The translations under genes and the position numbers were made by a program. A stretch of DNA of 64,000 nt from Phoronis australis (lineage: Eukaryota; Animalia; Phoronida). The notes beneath the pieces were generated by a model. That model was not told the origin of the DNA. It did no database searches and saw only the letters and a program-made list of their open reading frames with translations. The stretch is from NCBI GenBank assembly GCA_002633005.1, contig NMRA01000197.1:446534-510533 (forward strand), read 5' to 3'. Positions within the stretch are counted from its first letter, which is position 1, and each line of letters begins with the position of its first letter. This document shows positions 44,837 to 55,531 of the stretch, piece by piece.

Positions 44837-47800
44837 AAACTGAACATTAACTCGCCTGTGGTTGTCAAATGAACATTAACCGATTCAGCATGTACGTTGC
44901 GGTTTTGAACAATAGTAAATGAATAATATACCCTCTCATTTTACCTTGTACAAAGTTGGAATAACCAGTTGGTTTATTAATGCATGAGTTATTAGTCATT
45001 ACAAAGATCAATGACATGGCAAGTTTAACTGGTTAAATAGCTACGTAGTTATTACAGCAGAGATAAGATAGATTTTACAAATGCGTTATACTAAACGCGT
45101 TTCTCATACAGCCGCCAAAGGGATCAATCGATAACCGCTTCATAACGGTGCATTCATACATTTAACCATATTGACATGATCATGGAAGTCAGGAAGGTAT
45201 TAATCGGCACCAAGTACAATTTTAGATCAGCAAAAGCCTTCCCTTAGCGAGATGTGTATGCATGGGGCACTAAAATTAGAGTGCTGTCACCTGTAATTTG
45301 CGGACAATTAAAACCTCTCTATTTTTGCCCTGGTCATTTGGTCATCCTCCTCGTGCTTTAATTAATGACCACTAGATATTGCACAATAATCATGGAAAAG
45401 ATTGTTGGTATTTGTAACCGAACGGAAATTGCCAAACATTACTTTTAATAGTGAGCGAAAGCTGTATTCTCAAGATCAACTCGCGCAAAATGGACCCGCA
45501 CACGAAATACAAGCCACGCACGTTGTAGTGAAGGGAACTTATTAATATCTCAAGAGCAATCTTTCTAATTGTTTACACTTTTATTGCCACATTGGGCCAT
45601 TTGAAGTAACACGATTCTTGAAGAGGTACTTTAAAATTGTTTACAATCGTGATAAACATTGTAATAACCACTTCAGACACGTAACTGATCAATATGCATT
45701 TTCTGTAACCTGTCTAATCAATGCTCACGATACCGGTCATTCAGAGCTCTAGCAATGAACCCGCGACGAATGTTCTCCGTTCCACCACGGTGAGCCAAAA
45801 TCAACTGACATGTTCAGAAACCGCCCTGTCTGGGAAAGCCGTTCTTGCAAGTGAATTGGATTTTAATGCAATGGCTGACTTTTTGCTTCTTCCATGAGGT
45901 CCGCAAAGTTCCACTAAATATTTGGTTGATCTACTGCAGAAAACTTACTTTTGAAACTGAATAATAATGGACTCCCTAAGAAAATTAAGAAATAAAACTA
46001 TAACTTAGTGTTCACATAACGTTTGTTAACTTGCAGCAGTAAGTCTACAATAATAACCTTAGTAGCTTACCTCTACACTGTACCTCATTTGTGGGGGTTG
46101 TTATGGAGGGAGAATTTGGGATTGTTATGGGCGAATGGGCCACAGGGGATCGGTGTCACGTTGCCCCGGAGCCTGCTTTGGCTCTCGACGCCACTAGTCG
46201 GAGTACTTTGTTTTGGTTTTAAGCTTATCTCAAACCTTATTTAGTGGCCTCCATTCTAACTCGTATATGAAAAAATTAAGCTTTGTCAACTAGTAAAAGC
46301 ATATATTTTTGAAAGAAAAAAAGATCAGGATATATAAAAATATGTTTTGTATTTATGTACCATCATTATTATTACGTGAACACCTTTAAAGAAAGGCATA
46401 TTCATAGCAAAATAACCCCTCGGTCGATTTTAATGAAACCTTTTTTAAATGAAAACTTCACCATTTACCTCAAAAACACTGTTAATAGTTTTCGATTAGT
46501 CTTTTCGTTTGGTTTCTATGACAAATCAACTCGCAAAACGCAAGGTATTTTTGTAGAAAATAGAAGTCGTATTCGTCTTTGCTACATTACGCAAAAACTA
46601 GGCTTTAATATCAAAATCATCACAGCCTTTTTGAGATTGATGAATAAATATTGAGTTTGGAAAGTTTCAGCGAAATCCACCAAGCCGTTTTCGAGAACCC
46701 GTGTTCCTAAGTTCAAATTAAGTCCATTTGCCGAAGACGAGAAAACGCCGATTAAACTGGAACGAGTGAAAATCTCAATTTGTTTTCGTTCAATATAACC
46801 AATACATTCCTAAACCACGTTAGCTATTTCAACATTCAATTGCAATGTCAACTGAATTTCCAGTGAGTAATTAACTTAATTATCTTTAAAACGTACTGTC
46901 CCCAGCCACAAAGGTGGGATCAACTGTTACTGTTGTTTGGCCTACTTAAAAGTAGGTCACAGTTTATTGTTATACACATAGTCTGTACAAGTCACGTGCC
47001 GGGAGACTATCGAGACGTCGTTAGCATGAGATCGAAACAGCGAAATTCCAGTCTACTTGAATTAAGGAATATGGGCGAGGATTTAGCTCTTTTCACAACT
47101 TGCTGTGTTCGTGAAAACTTTTGTCTTTGTTTTCCCCGGCACCTTTCTATCATAAATATACCTCTTTGACTCAATACTATGGCAACTCGGTGAATGAAAG
47201 AATTGACCTATCGCCAGGATTTTGAGTGACGTCTGAACTGACCATTTAGAACGCAGCATTATTGGCACACCTTCGTTTCCAAGCCGTCATTTTACCCGAC
47301 AAACAACATGTTGCTGGGTAAAACTAATTGTTTGTTACTCGACATTACGCAAAGGGGCGGAGCTTGCGATAGGTCAATTGGCGGTACATACGAAGCTGCT
47401 CTGTACCTGGCGGGAGATTCGCTTTGAGTGGCAGCCCTTTGACCACGGATAAGTTGTAAACAAATATCCACGCGGTTGTGCGGTTTCAAGGTGGTTCTGC
47501 TAAATCTTTTTTTTCTCGCTACACGGTATATAATTTGTACTTGCAATTTCCCGAGAATCAAGATAAGGTACTTTGCTAGACACGTGAAATATTGTGAAAA
47601 TGACCAATTTTTGTGAATAAGGTTTGAGATAACCTTAATACGTCCACTTACAGTAATTTACCAGTTCAACATAACAACACCGTGAACCGAACTGACTTAA
47701 AATTGATTGCTACAACGAGAAGATTCACCTACGTAATGTATATTTTTTCGAGTTCACGACTTTTACTTGACCTGGTGTAGCGCTTTGTGAGACTGGAACA

Positions 47801-48316
47801 TTTGACGTAAATTTCGCATTCTAATATGAGCAAGTGATATGTGAAATAAGACTTTCTTGTTATTACTGTGAAGGACTAGATGGAAACATCATCCATCAGT
47901 AGTAATAGCAGAAGCAGAAGTTGAAATAGCAATAGTAGTAGTGGTGGTGGTGGTGGTGGTGGTGGTGGTGGTGATTATAGTAGTAGTAGTGATAGAAGTA
48001 GTAGTAGTAGTAGTAGCAGTAGCAATAGTAGTAATCAGTACTAGTAGTGGTACTTGTAGGACTAAGAGTAGTACTAGGAGCAATAGTACTACTAATATCT
48101 AAGTACGGCGCCATGGATATTTGTTAACTTACTTGAATATATAAGAATTGTTTGTAAAACCGAAGAATGGAACTGTATAGGTCATCATCCATATATTTCC
48201 CCCACCACAGTCAAAGTAAGGTCTACTCCAATGCCCGTCTTCGTAATTCACGCTTATAATATCGTCATCCTCCACAGGCCCGTGCACTGTCCCATTGTAC
48301 CGCATCATACGCTTTC
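23121..48316 (-). CDS. GPR158: GPR158/GPR179-like class C GPCR (5'-partial, 12 coding exons: 48133-48316, 39984-40104, 34823-34966, 33895-34089, 32646-32714, 31222-31331, 30638-30783, 29864-29932, 29166-29304, 28305-28410, 23991-24173, 23121-23336)
   Basis: Cache-domain motif WSRPYFDCGGGNIWMMTYTVPFF; IDIDLQKVDINQC; EGF-like CEPLSGQGFRRGNYKCVCQKGFYFP; 7TM with ASP, GALLLKTWRI and [13 protein letters not shown]; C-terminal DIQEEFKRLYMQLELLK..GNRHL. Phases are consistent. Family assignment only; orthology is not resolved. Confidence 0.93.
23991..24173 (-). CDS. GPR158: GPR158-like exon (AYLVYKYKDK...MEKDIQ)
   Basis: cAG/GT boundaries, open phase 0->0. Confidence 0.85.
25675..26087. mobile_element. 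Degenerate MITE
   Basis: TGTAGGGGTC / GACCCCTACA inverted ends with subterminal TGTGAC/GTCACA. Confidence 0.4.
26369..26700. repeat. 110-bp tandem x3
   Basis: Units start at 26369, 26479 and 26591 and are near-identical. Confidence 0.95.
28305..28410 (-). CDS. GPR158: GPR158-like exon (FFLQSPANPDLLYIVLFVHTQLTTTVTLAFLFGSK, TM7)
   Basis: cAG/GTAAG boundaries. Confidence 0.92.
29166..29304 (-). CDS. GPR158: GPR158-like exon ([35 protein letters not shown]...)
   Basis: cAG/GTAAGT boundaries, FNES motif. Confidence 0.93.
29864..29932 (-). CDS. GPR158: GPR158-like exon (GRHSSGLKAYQCAFDVWDYCAAG, ECL2)
   Basis: cAG/GTAGG boundaries, phase 1->1, ECL2 Cys. Confidence 0.88.
30638..30783 (-). CDS. 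GPR158: GPR158-like exon (ISVVFRVRSARRVKISD...TM4)
   Basis: tAG/GTGAG boundaries. Confidence 0.9.
31222..31331 (-). CDS. GPR158: GPR158-like exon (IIVSYF...GFSITFGALLLKTWR, TM3)
   Basis: cAG/GTATGT boundaries, KTWR motif. Confidence 0.92.
32646..32714 (-). CDS. GPR158: GPR158-like exon (VLKAASPLLLCIILLGALLLYMP, TM2)
   Basis: cAG/GTAAG boundaries, class C ASP motif. Confidence 0.9.
32788..33029. mobile_element. hAT-like MITE, 242 bp
   Basis: TIR CATGCGCGCACCC / GGGTGCGCACATG; no TSD seen. Confidence 0.55.
33895..34089 (-). CDS. GPR158: GPR158-like exon (CLPCSPDCDECIDYSPC + TM1)
   Basis: cAG/GT boundaries, Cys-rich stalk then a hydrophobic helix. Confidence 0.92.
34823..34966 (-). CDS. GPR158: GPR158-like exon (CEPLSGQGFRRGNYKCVCQKGFYFP...)
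   Basis: cAG/GT boundaries, EGF-like Cys pattern. Confidence 0.92.
35181..35580. mobile_element. PIF/Harbinger-type MITE, 400 bp
   Basis: ~40-bp TIR GGCCCGGTCTC.AATCTTT.TACTCGAAACG, TSD CTG on both sides. Confidence 0.8.
37248..37818. mobile_element. Kolobok-like transposon relic (THAP remnant on -, accessory-ORF remnant on +)
   Basis: THAP C2CH signature; GYQFEPEY motif on the opposite strand; right end GGTGGCATTCTCCT followed by TTAA; left end not found. Confidence 0.6.
37380..37648 (-). pseudogene. Truncated THAP zinc-finger (transposase N-terminus)
   Basis: MLRCIVPAC...SFFRL...RKWL...RVCGRHFVDSDF matches the THAP pattern; no downstream DDE domain. Confidence 0.75.
37988..39021. mobile_element. 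~1-kb diverged foldback (long-TIR) element, probably Kolobok-type
   Basis: The left and right halves are imperfect reverse complements around ~38520; half copies at ~30060-30510 and ~55060-55531 (the latter ends in CCTTAA). Confidence 0.6.
39984..40104 (-). CDS. GPR158: GPR158-like exon (GTSGIDIDLQKVDINQC...RCKPTTQ)
   Basis: cAG/GT boundaries, family motif. Confidence 0.92.
40560..40900 (-). mobile_element. Possible ancient RTE-clade LINE 3' remnant
   Basis: The degenerate minus-strand translation HMRRK...LGWN..RPAK*GRTKN resembles the RTE C-terminal GH.LR..ALDWNP.GKR.RGRPK. Confidence 0.3.
41181..41320. repeat. 47-bp tandem x3
   Basis: GTAGCGTTGAAAGTGGGTGTCACTCAAGTGCTTCTACAAGCCAGTGA. Confidence 0.95.
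41606..42671. mobile_element. Outer TIR element (Academ-like), ~53-bp TIRs, imperfect 9-bp TSD
   Basis: CAGCCTCGACCCCAAGCCTCAAGATGGCGCTGATCGGTTTAGCCA and its inverted copy at ~42616-42671; flanks ATGACATTC/ATGACATAT. Confidence 0.65.
41660..42220. mobile_element. Nested TIR element with a perfect 9-bp TSD CTTGAGGCT, 561 bp
   Basis: TIR CTCGCTGGTTCCC plus an inner perfect 21-bp IR TAGCCAGCACGCAGGTATCAC. Confidence 0.8.
43744..43941. repeat. 20-bp minisatellite x10
   Basis: GATGTATGAACACACATTAC, with an 80-bp higher-order variant pattern. Confidence 0.95.
44763..44834. repeat. (CA)n/(CACGCA)n microsatellite
   Basis: Direct inspection. Confidence 0.95.
46223..47634. mobile_element. Non-autonomous Kolobok-type element, 1412 bp
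   Basis: 19-bp TIR G(C/G)TTATCTCAAACCTTATT, TTAA TSD on both sides. Confidence 0.78.
47897..48095. repeat. Compound (GTA)n/(GTG)n trinucleotide microsatellite
   Basis: Direct inspection. Confidence 0.92.
48133..48316 (-). CDS. GPR158: GPR158-like exon (GKRMMRYNGT...GHWSRPYFDCGGGNIWMMTYTVPFFGF...)
   Basis: cAG/GTAAGT on the minus strand; Cache-domain motif. Confidence 0.92.
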
Positions 48317-49440
48317 CTGAAATCAATAATACTTCACTTCAGTGAAAGTTGATAAGCTGGTTCTTTTTTAGTGAGTGGCATTAATGCCAAACAAAGAGAG
48401 GTGTTATGTAGCATCAAGTACAATTGTGTAAAATGTTTACGCTTTTCGGCAATCACGAGAGACGACGGTACGCAGTATCAAACGCCTTCATGAAATCTAC
48501 CAGAATGCTATCATTTGCTTGTCATAAAGCACAGAAACACCATCAAGTTGGTGAATCGGAAAGAAAACATAACGAAATGGTTTCAAATCTGCACAACGAC
48601 GGGCAAAAACTAGAACACCCACATATAAACTCTTTCTTTCCCAATCTACTTTGCATTCTTGTCTTCAAGATGAGCTGTGAAGATTGATCTCATCATCGGT
48701 CCATTTTAAAAGGTGAAAAAAAGAGCTTTCGAAAATAAAAACGGCAATGACCCATCTCCAGTTCGTTTGCTTAATGGTGCATTTGATTGAAAAACGCAAA
48801 ACACGCCTGAATGTGATTCATTCCATCACCATGCATTTGATTCGCGTGATCTCAAAAATTACAGAAGTTGTCCACATGAATGAAGGTGGTTGTAGCTACA
48901 CAATTAGTCGTTTTGAAAGCTCTCTAAAATGCGATCGGAAGTGAGAATTAGGACCTCGTATTGCGATAATTATGTTGTAAATACACTTTTAGTGATATAA
49001 AATTGTTGCTGTATGACACTTGAAACATAAGTTTGAAAGTCAACAATGACTACATTATAGAATCGTTTGTCAAATTAATGAATTAAGAATTTTCAAACAT
49101 CCGAAATAAAATCGATTTTCCGTAAACTCGCACAAATCAAGTGTCAAGTAAAAGTTCCTCATATTTACTTAGCTCCAGTGACACAAAATGTCCATTATTG
49201 TCAATAAAGCTGCCGAGACGGAGTTAAAAATGGCAACTTATTTGCTGGAGATGAGTTGTTTGTGTTCTTCTGTAAAAATCTCGTAATACGACATCTTTTT
49301 ACAAAAATAGAGTTCCACGTATTTCAGAATCTCGCAATATGTGTATAAATTGGTGTGTCGTTTGATTTTATTCAAATAACAAATGATTAGAATTTCCACA
49401 TTGTTGTTAAGCTTATGCTATGAAAGACTTCTACACTGTT

Positions 49441-49492
49441 GATGAGTGATGATGATGACGAAGATGATGACGAAGATGATGACGATGATGAT
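49441..49492. repeat. (GAT/GAC)n microsatellite
   Basis: Direct inspection. Confidence 0.9.
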
Positions 49493-49606
49493 AACCAGCA
49501 TAGTACTGAATAAATGAAAAATGGCCACCGCAGCGTCATTTTGCACCCTACTACACAAAAACAGGCCTAGCTCTCTTTATAAGTGTGGCGTTACCATTTA
49601 TACGTG

Positions 49607-50574
49607 TATGCGGCTGTATCCGAAATAATGCGTGTTTTTCAGTAGGTGCTAGCTGTTATCCATTCCACATGTGCATTCGTAATACTGGTGGTGTTCATCT
49701 GTTAATTCGGTCTTTAATGCTTTTCATTCCATAGTTGGCATGAAATTGAACAGTCTTTACGGCGACGTTTGCCATTTTGTAACAGGTAAGTCAAATTTCA
49801 GTCGAACAATCCGATTTTAGAAATTCGCTCCTCGGTTTTACTTGAACGTTTTTGCCCTCACGCATAACTCTACCTGGGCAGCTTCATTTTTAGGTACACG
49901 GCTCTGAAAACGCTCATATACGGAATGTGTGTCTACGCTATTTAAAATAAAAAACAGCTTATTATTTATAATGAATTATTCTTATTAAAATGTCATATGT
50001 GAGAAATTGAATTTCGGGCCTCAAAAGTGGGACCCGTATATCAATATAGGTGCCACGCCCGAAGGCGGCCGGAGAACGGGCTCCGGAGAGCGGGGCCCGC
50101 TCTTCGGCCGTCTTCTGGCGGGGCTGTCAATATCAATATAGGGGTCCCACTTTTGAGGCCCGAAATTCAATTTCTTACCTATGCCATTTTAATAAGAATA
50201 TGTCATTTTATATAAGAAGCCGTTTTTTGTATTTTAAATAGCGCAGACACACATTCCGTATATTATGAGCGTCTTTAGGACCACGTACCTAAAAATGAAT
50301 CTGCCGCAGGTAGATTTAGGTGTGAGGGTCAAACGTTCAATAAAATCGAGGAGCGAAATTCTAAAATCTGCTTGTTCGACTGAAATTTGACTTACCTGTT
50401 ACAAAATGACAGACGTGGACGTAAAGGCTGTTCAATTTCATGCTAAGTATGGAATGAAAAGCATTAAAGACCGAATTAACAGATGAACACTACCAGTATT
50501 ACAAATGCATATGCGGAAGAGATAAACGCTAGCACCTACTGAAAAACACGCATTATTTCGGATACAGCCGCATA
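49607..50574. repeat. 968-bp near-perfect palindrome (foldback element)
   Basis: Arms align base-for-base from TATGCGGCTGTATCC to a 5-nt loop at 50086-50090. Confidence 0.9.
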
Positions 50575-50993
50575 AGAATAAGAATAAGTCAGTTTTAAAT
50601 AATAAGCTGTTACAAGTGATCTGTATTGTGAGTGAGAAAACAAAAGCAAATTCACAGCAGAAAACATCCCAAGAAAATTTTCCACAAGAAAATACTTGGT
50701 GAAAACGCGTTGCCAAGGAGAAAACACGGAATGAATACCATATATTTTATCTGAATCGACATTGGTATTTCAAGCGGCAATTTTATTAGATTCTAGAATG
50801 CTAAGCAAGAGTCTAGCACTCCAACATTTCCACTTTCGCAAGCAATTCGCGAGATTACGCTAAATATTGCCTTGTATTTTAAACGAGAACACGTGATTTT
50901 GGCTAGATTTTTGTAGTCGCGAGACAGCTACTGTCCAGGTTAACAATACTTTTTCAAACCCTTGATTTACTTCCACATTATCAACTTGGATTG

Positions 50994-51332
50994 CAGTGGC
51001 GGATCTAGGATATCATAAGGGGGGGCAACTTGTTGCCTCGGAAATTGGGCAAAGCACGATTGTATGCGCACAGGCGGCCCGAAAGTTGCGGGGGCCGGGG
51101 ATGCAGAGCTTCTGTTCAGAAAGAAAATCTATCGGTGGACTAAAATAAAAAAACCGGGAACACGATTCCGGTGGGGTCTGAGCCCCCACCCCCCTCATCC
51201 GCTACCAGTCCTATTTGCTGAACCCAATATTTCCTCACGCTTCACGCCGTTGCTGTTTCAGTTTGCTTGCGGCAGCCAAAGGGTGGAGGGGGGGGGGGCG
51301 GGCCTCCTGCCAACCCCCCTAAATCCCCTATG
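50994..51332. mobile_element. hAT-like MITE, related termini
   Basis: CAGTGGCGGATCTAGG left end, degenerate right end; flanks GATTG/GCTTG. Confidence 0.55.
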
Positions 51333-51547
51333 GCTTGTCAACATATTAAACGTTGACATATCGTTCTCAGTTACAGTAACTGCAGCATGCAAACATTAAA
51401 ATTGCTCTATCAAACAACAGGTTGTAGAAAAATGTCGACAATGTGTTTCACCAGCATCCTTTGGGGAAGTCGTATTGTTTAAACTTGTTTGTTAGTTTAT
51501 CTTTTATTGAAAAAAGCAGTGAAAAATTTGTCAAATTTGGAGGTAAT

Positions 51548-51708
51548 CAGTGGCGGATTTAGAGGGGGGATAAGGGGGCCATGCCCCCCTAAAATTCTCC
51601 CAGATTCCATTTGGCAGGTGAGTACGGGGGTGCGAATGTCTGACGGGCAATATCCTGGCTAATACTCTGCCCTGGCCCCCCTAACTCAAAATCCTGGATC
51701 CGCCCCTA
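51548..51708. mobile_element. hAT-like MITE with a 5-bp TSD (GTAAT), sister of 19199-19359
   Basis: Near-identical internal sequence in opposite orientation; direct 5-bp flanks. Confidence 0.75.
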
Positions 51709-52157
51709 GTAATAACCCGATGTTTTATCGCTCAGATCTCTTGTTTCATTAAGTTTGATATGATCTCTTTTATTGGAACAATTTATACTGATTAGCAGGA
51801 ACAAACTAAAATGTCAAATTAGTCTATTTATCTTTTATTGGAATAATTAATACCGATTGGCAGGAAGAAATTAACAGTTAGTCAATTGTCATATCAATAG
51901 AAACAGGGACAAAACAGACAAGACAAATTACAAAACTTCGCGCTGACAATGAGCATTGACTGAGATTCTGAAATTTAAAAAGCTAGTTCGTCAAATCTTG
52001 ATTTAGTTCACGCTATTTCAATTCTTCTCTCAATCTAAGCATTCGAGGTCACGAGTTCACTCAAAAAGATAAAACTCCACTGATTACCCATTGACGTCAT
52101 TATTCGACATTTTAAAGACACATTATCTATGAAAAAAGTAGTTTTCTGACTGATATC

Positions 52158-52233
52158 GGCCCCAACACGGAATCGAAATCACGACCCCAGCAGTCGCAGT
52201 CCAACACTCTGCTGACAGAGCTACACCAAACTC
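52158..52233 (-). mobile_element. Degenerate tRNA-derived SINE head / tRNA pseudogene
   Basis: A-box-like GTAGCTCTGTCAGCAGAG and B-box-like TTCGATTCC at tRNA spacing; the stems do not pair well. Confidence 0.45.
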
Positions 52234-54004
52234 AATAATAGTAGAGTAAATTGGTAAAGCCACCGTCCTTGATTTCGGCGAACGGATTTTGTAGCTCTTA
52301 TCAAGAAGTTCATTCCATCCAACAATAATTTCGAAAATGTGTTTCTCGGCCGAAAAACCGTATTCTAGCCCTTTGACTTCCTGACACAACTCCAAGGTGG
52401 TGATCTTGAAGAACTAGAATTGTGCGAAACTCCAATTCTAATGCAAATAAATAAAACAATGAATTACATAATTCAAAATTTTAATATGACAAAAAGAATC
52501 CCCATCTGATGTTATGAGTTACTATGGTAACCATGCAATCAGATTCATTTGCTAGGCATTATTAATTTGCAATTGCTTCATTAGATTTGATTTAACTGAT
52601 GTGATACATATCGAACGCGTTTAATTTAACACAATCAAGTGTTAACCAAATTTCGTTGTCTCAAAACAATCCTTCCAACACAAAATTGCAATTAGTGCCA
52701 AATGTGTTTTCCGTGTCTTACAAAAACTGACTGCTACAGCTATCCAAAGACACTATTGTAATTTTGCGCTTATTTGCACAAAAATAATGACAAAATCGTC
52801 GTTTTTTTGGTTTTGTAAGACCGACTCTCATACATAGTAGAAATTGCGCTTTAGTGATGCATATACTGTTCAAAATATTATTTCCCTGAGAGATTAACGC
52901 ATTATTACACTAAATCAGTTTATCTTCGACATATGTCCTTCAAAAATATACGAGTGCTGAATAAGTTGTTCGAGGACGGCAGTTATTTACCACATCTGTC
53001 TATAAATTCGGCAAATACGTTAGTCACGCATGCCGATTCTAGCAAACTTTGTAAGGCGTTTTTCATTTTTTCCCAAAAGATTTGAGAGTTGATGGGAGAG
53101 GTGAGAATAATGATTTTAAAAACCCAAGATTTCCGCTCAGAAATGTTATAATTTGTTATTAAAAAGAACAGCAAATCCCGTAACAACAAATAATCACCTC
53201 ACAAGTGTAGAAGACATTCAGCTTAAAAAGAGCATTTAAATTAAAATTTCACGAAATCGTCATTTTCACAAAAATTGAATTTTTCCATTTCATAGTAATT
53301 TTAAAGCTTAGGGTAAACGTTTTTTCAGTAAATGTAATTTTATCTAAAACAATACCTTATACATTGCTATGTGGTTTAAAAATAGAAAAATGTGTCTTAG
53401 TGAGCTACGACAATGTCGTCACGGAGACCGCATTCAGACGTTTGGAATTAAGTCGTGGCATATTATGTGCTTTTCAAATAAAAAACACACTAAACCTCCG
53501 CTTAATCCCATTGAGTCACGAATCAATAATGAAGCAGTTTTCGCTATTTTCGTTGGTCCCGAGGTGAGTTTGTGATCTCGGTTGATGTCCATTGTCTCCG
53601 TAGCTGATGACAATAATTTGCAAACTAGCTAACAGGATGCGGTAACAGTTGGCAGAACTTTCTAAAACAGGTGAATAATACCGTTGAGAAAAATCCGATT
53701 ATCCGTTTCCGCGTCTATGTGGTACTATTGAACTAATGATAACTCACTTTTTAAAACAAATTAGCGGTATTCAAGTTCCACGATTAGTTTATGTCCCCAG
53801 ATTAGTTTGCCTGGTAATTTGGAACACGCGCACTACGTGTTCAATAATGTATCCTCGAAATGTCAACGACCCTGTGATCTGGATTCGCAAGGGAGAAAAA
53901 CGAACTCAGTTAGCTTGTCGAAGTCTACTGTAGATGAACACGTACTGCAATAACACGAATTATAAATTAAGGAAAAGAAAGGATGATGTAATTTTTGAGC
54001 TAAA

Positions 54005-54396
54005 AATGTCTTTCACACTATACGAGTTACACTGGAACAAGTAACTCCTGGAACAAATTGTCACTAGACTTGAGTAGTAGTGTGGACGCTATTTGTGTTG
54101 GAGCCTCTTGACTCACGTGCGACAACTTACCCTCACCTTCTCCAGGAAGGATAATTTAATGTAGGGTAACTTGCTCCGGCGCAAGTCCTAGTGTGGACGC
54201 AAACCTATAAACAAGGCGGACGTAATTATCACTGAGCTGTGCGTATGGTCAGTTACACATATAACGGTGTCACTAATTGTTTTTGCGCCATATTTGTCGC
54301 ATGGTGTACAGAGTGTGTAGTGTGGACATTCGGCCGAACGGAGCAACATGCTCCAGGGCAAGTTGATCCAGTTTAACTCGTAGTGTGAACAATAGA
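54005..54396. mobile_element. Harbinger-like MITE; related fragments at ~19500-19576 and ~57315-57398
   Basis: TTCACACTA(TA)CGAGTT..ACTGGA inverted ends; the core GACAACTCGTTCCAGGAGTAACTTGTTC is shared with the other two loci. Confidence 0.6.
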
Positions 54397-55059
54397 GGTA
54401 AACCATGTTAACGCACTATTCATGTCTTGTCAGCCGAAAGATTGTCTCCAAATAGACGTATCTCCAATTTACAACCCTGCAATGCATTACGTTTTTCATA
54501 AATTTCTCAGATTCTTAAAAATTGAAGTTCAGTTTTTTTTAAATGCTGTACATATTTTGTTAGTGCACAATGAGAAATGAAAACAATATACGCTATTTTT
54601 GTATTAGATGGCATTAATATTGAAAATATGACGTTCTGATGGAAGAGCGTCATTTGGAAATAACTTTTGACTAAATTGTTTTTAAAGGTTGTTTTTAAAC
54701 GTGTTTTCAAATAAATACGTAAGAATGAAGTGAAAAAGTTCCTTAATTTAGGACATACCACCGAATCACAGAATTTCTCTAACATTCAAACATCGACATC
54801 AACTGTAGGCTCTTGAAAGAATCGCCAAGATTGTGAGTGGCGCGCTCTCGTGGGGGCAATCCTTGTTTTGATCCGCACACCACAGGTGGCGCTGAGTACA
54901 AGAGTGATCCGCGCAGGAAATGATCCTCCGTGTTCAGTCAACTTTTTTCGCCAGGGGTCAAACAAAAACATTAGTTCGCAAACATCGCTTACATCTGAGT
55001 AGGAACAAGTTAGCAAGTTTATAGCGGTGCGTGGTTTGAATCAATTGATAGTTTTGGCA

Positions 55060-55531
55060 TGAGTATGTAGCAGCATTACATTATGTAAGACTCTATAAAA
55101 ATGTAGACTTGTCTAAATTAGGAGCATCATACCTCAAACATGGCTGATCGGATTCATATGAAGCTTTCAGATACAATGTTTTATGCCCTTTTCTCAAAAA
55201 GATATTTATGAATTGTTCATAAAATGTTCCACTTTTGCATGAAGGGAAATTCAAAGTATAGTGTTTCTCTGATTTTCTTGAAAAATAAACTCTGTATAAA
55301 ACGAATATGTAATGATATTTTAGAAAACTGTAGCAGTGGTTCTGAGATCTCATTTGCTACCTTTCTTTAAAAGAAATGGTCGTGATCCAATTGATGGCAG
55401 AATGGTGAAATGTCAAAAATCAAAATCTACATGGTTTCAGTAAATATATACTGCACTGAGTTACAATCTACAGTTTTGTACATATTTGGTTAAATACGTA
55501 GACTTTTTGATAAGGCCCTGCATAACCTTAA
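55060..55531. mobile_element. Half copy of the 37988-39021 foldback family
   Basis: Shares TGGCTGATCGGATTCATA.GAAGCTTTCAGATAC and the terminal motif TATTTGG.TAAATACG. Confidence 0.55.

Noticed and set aside
47889-48114. ORFs encoding poly-Thr / poly-His-Tyr
   Set aside because: Translations of a trinucleotide microsatellite just inside an intron
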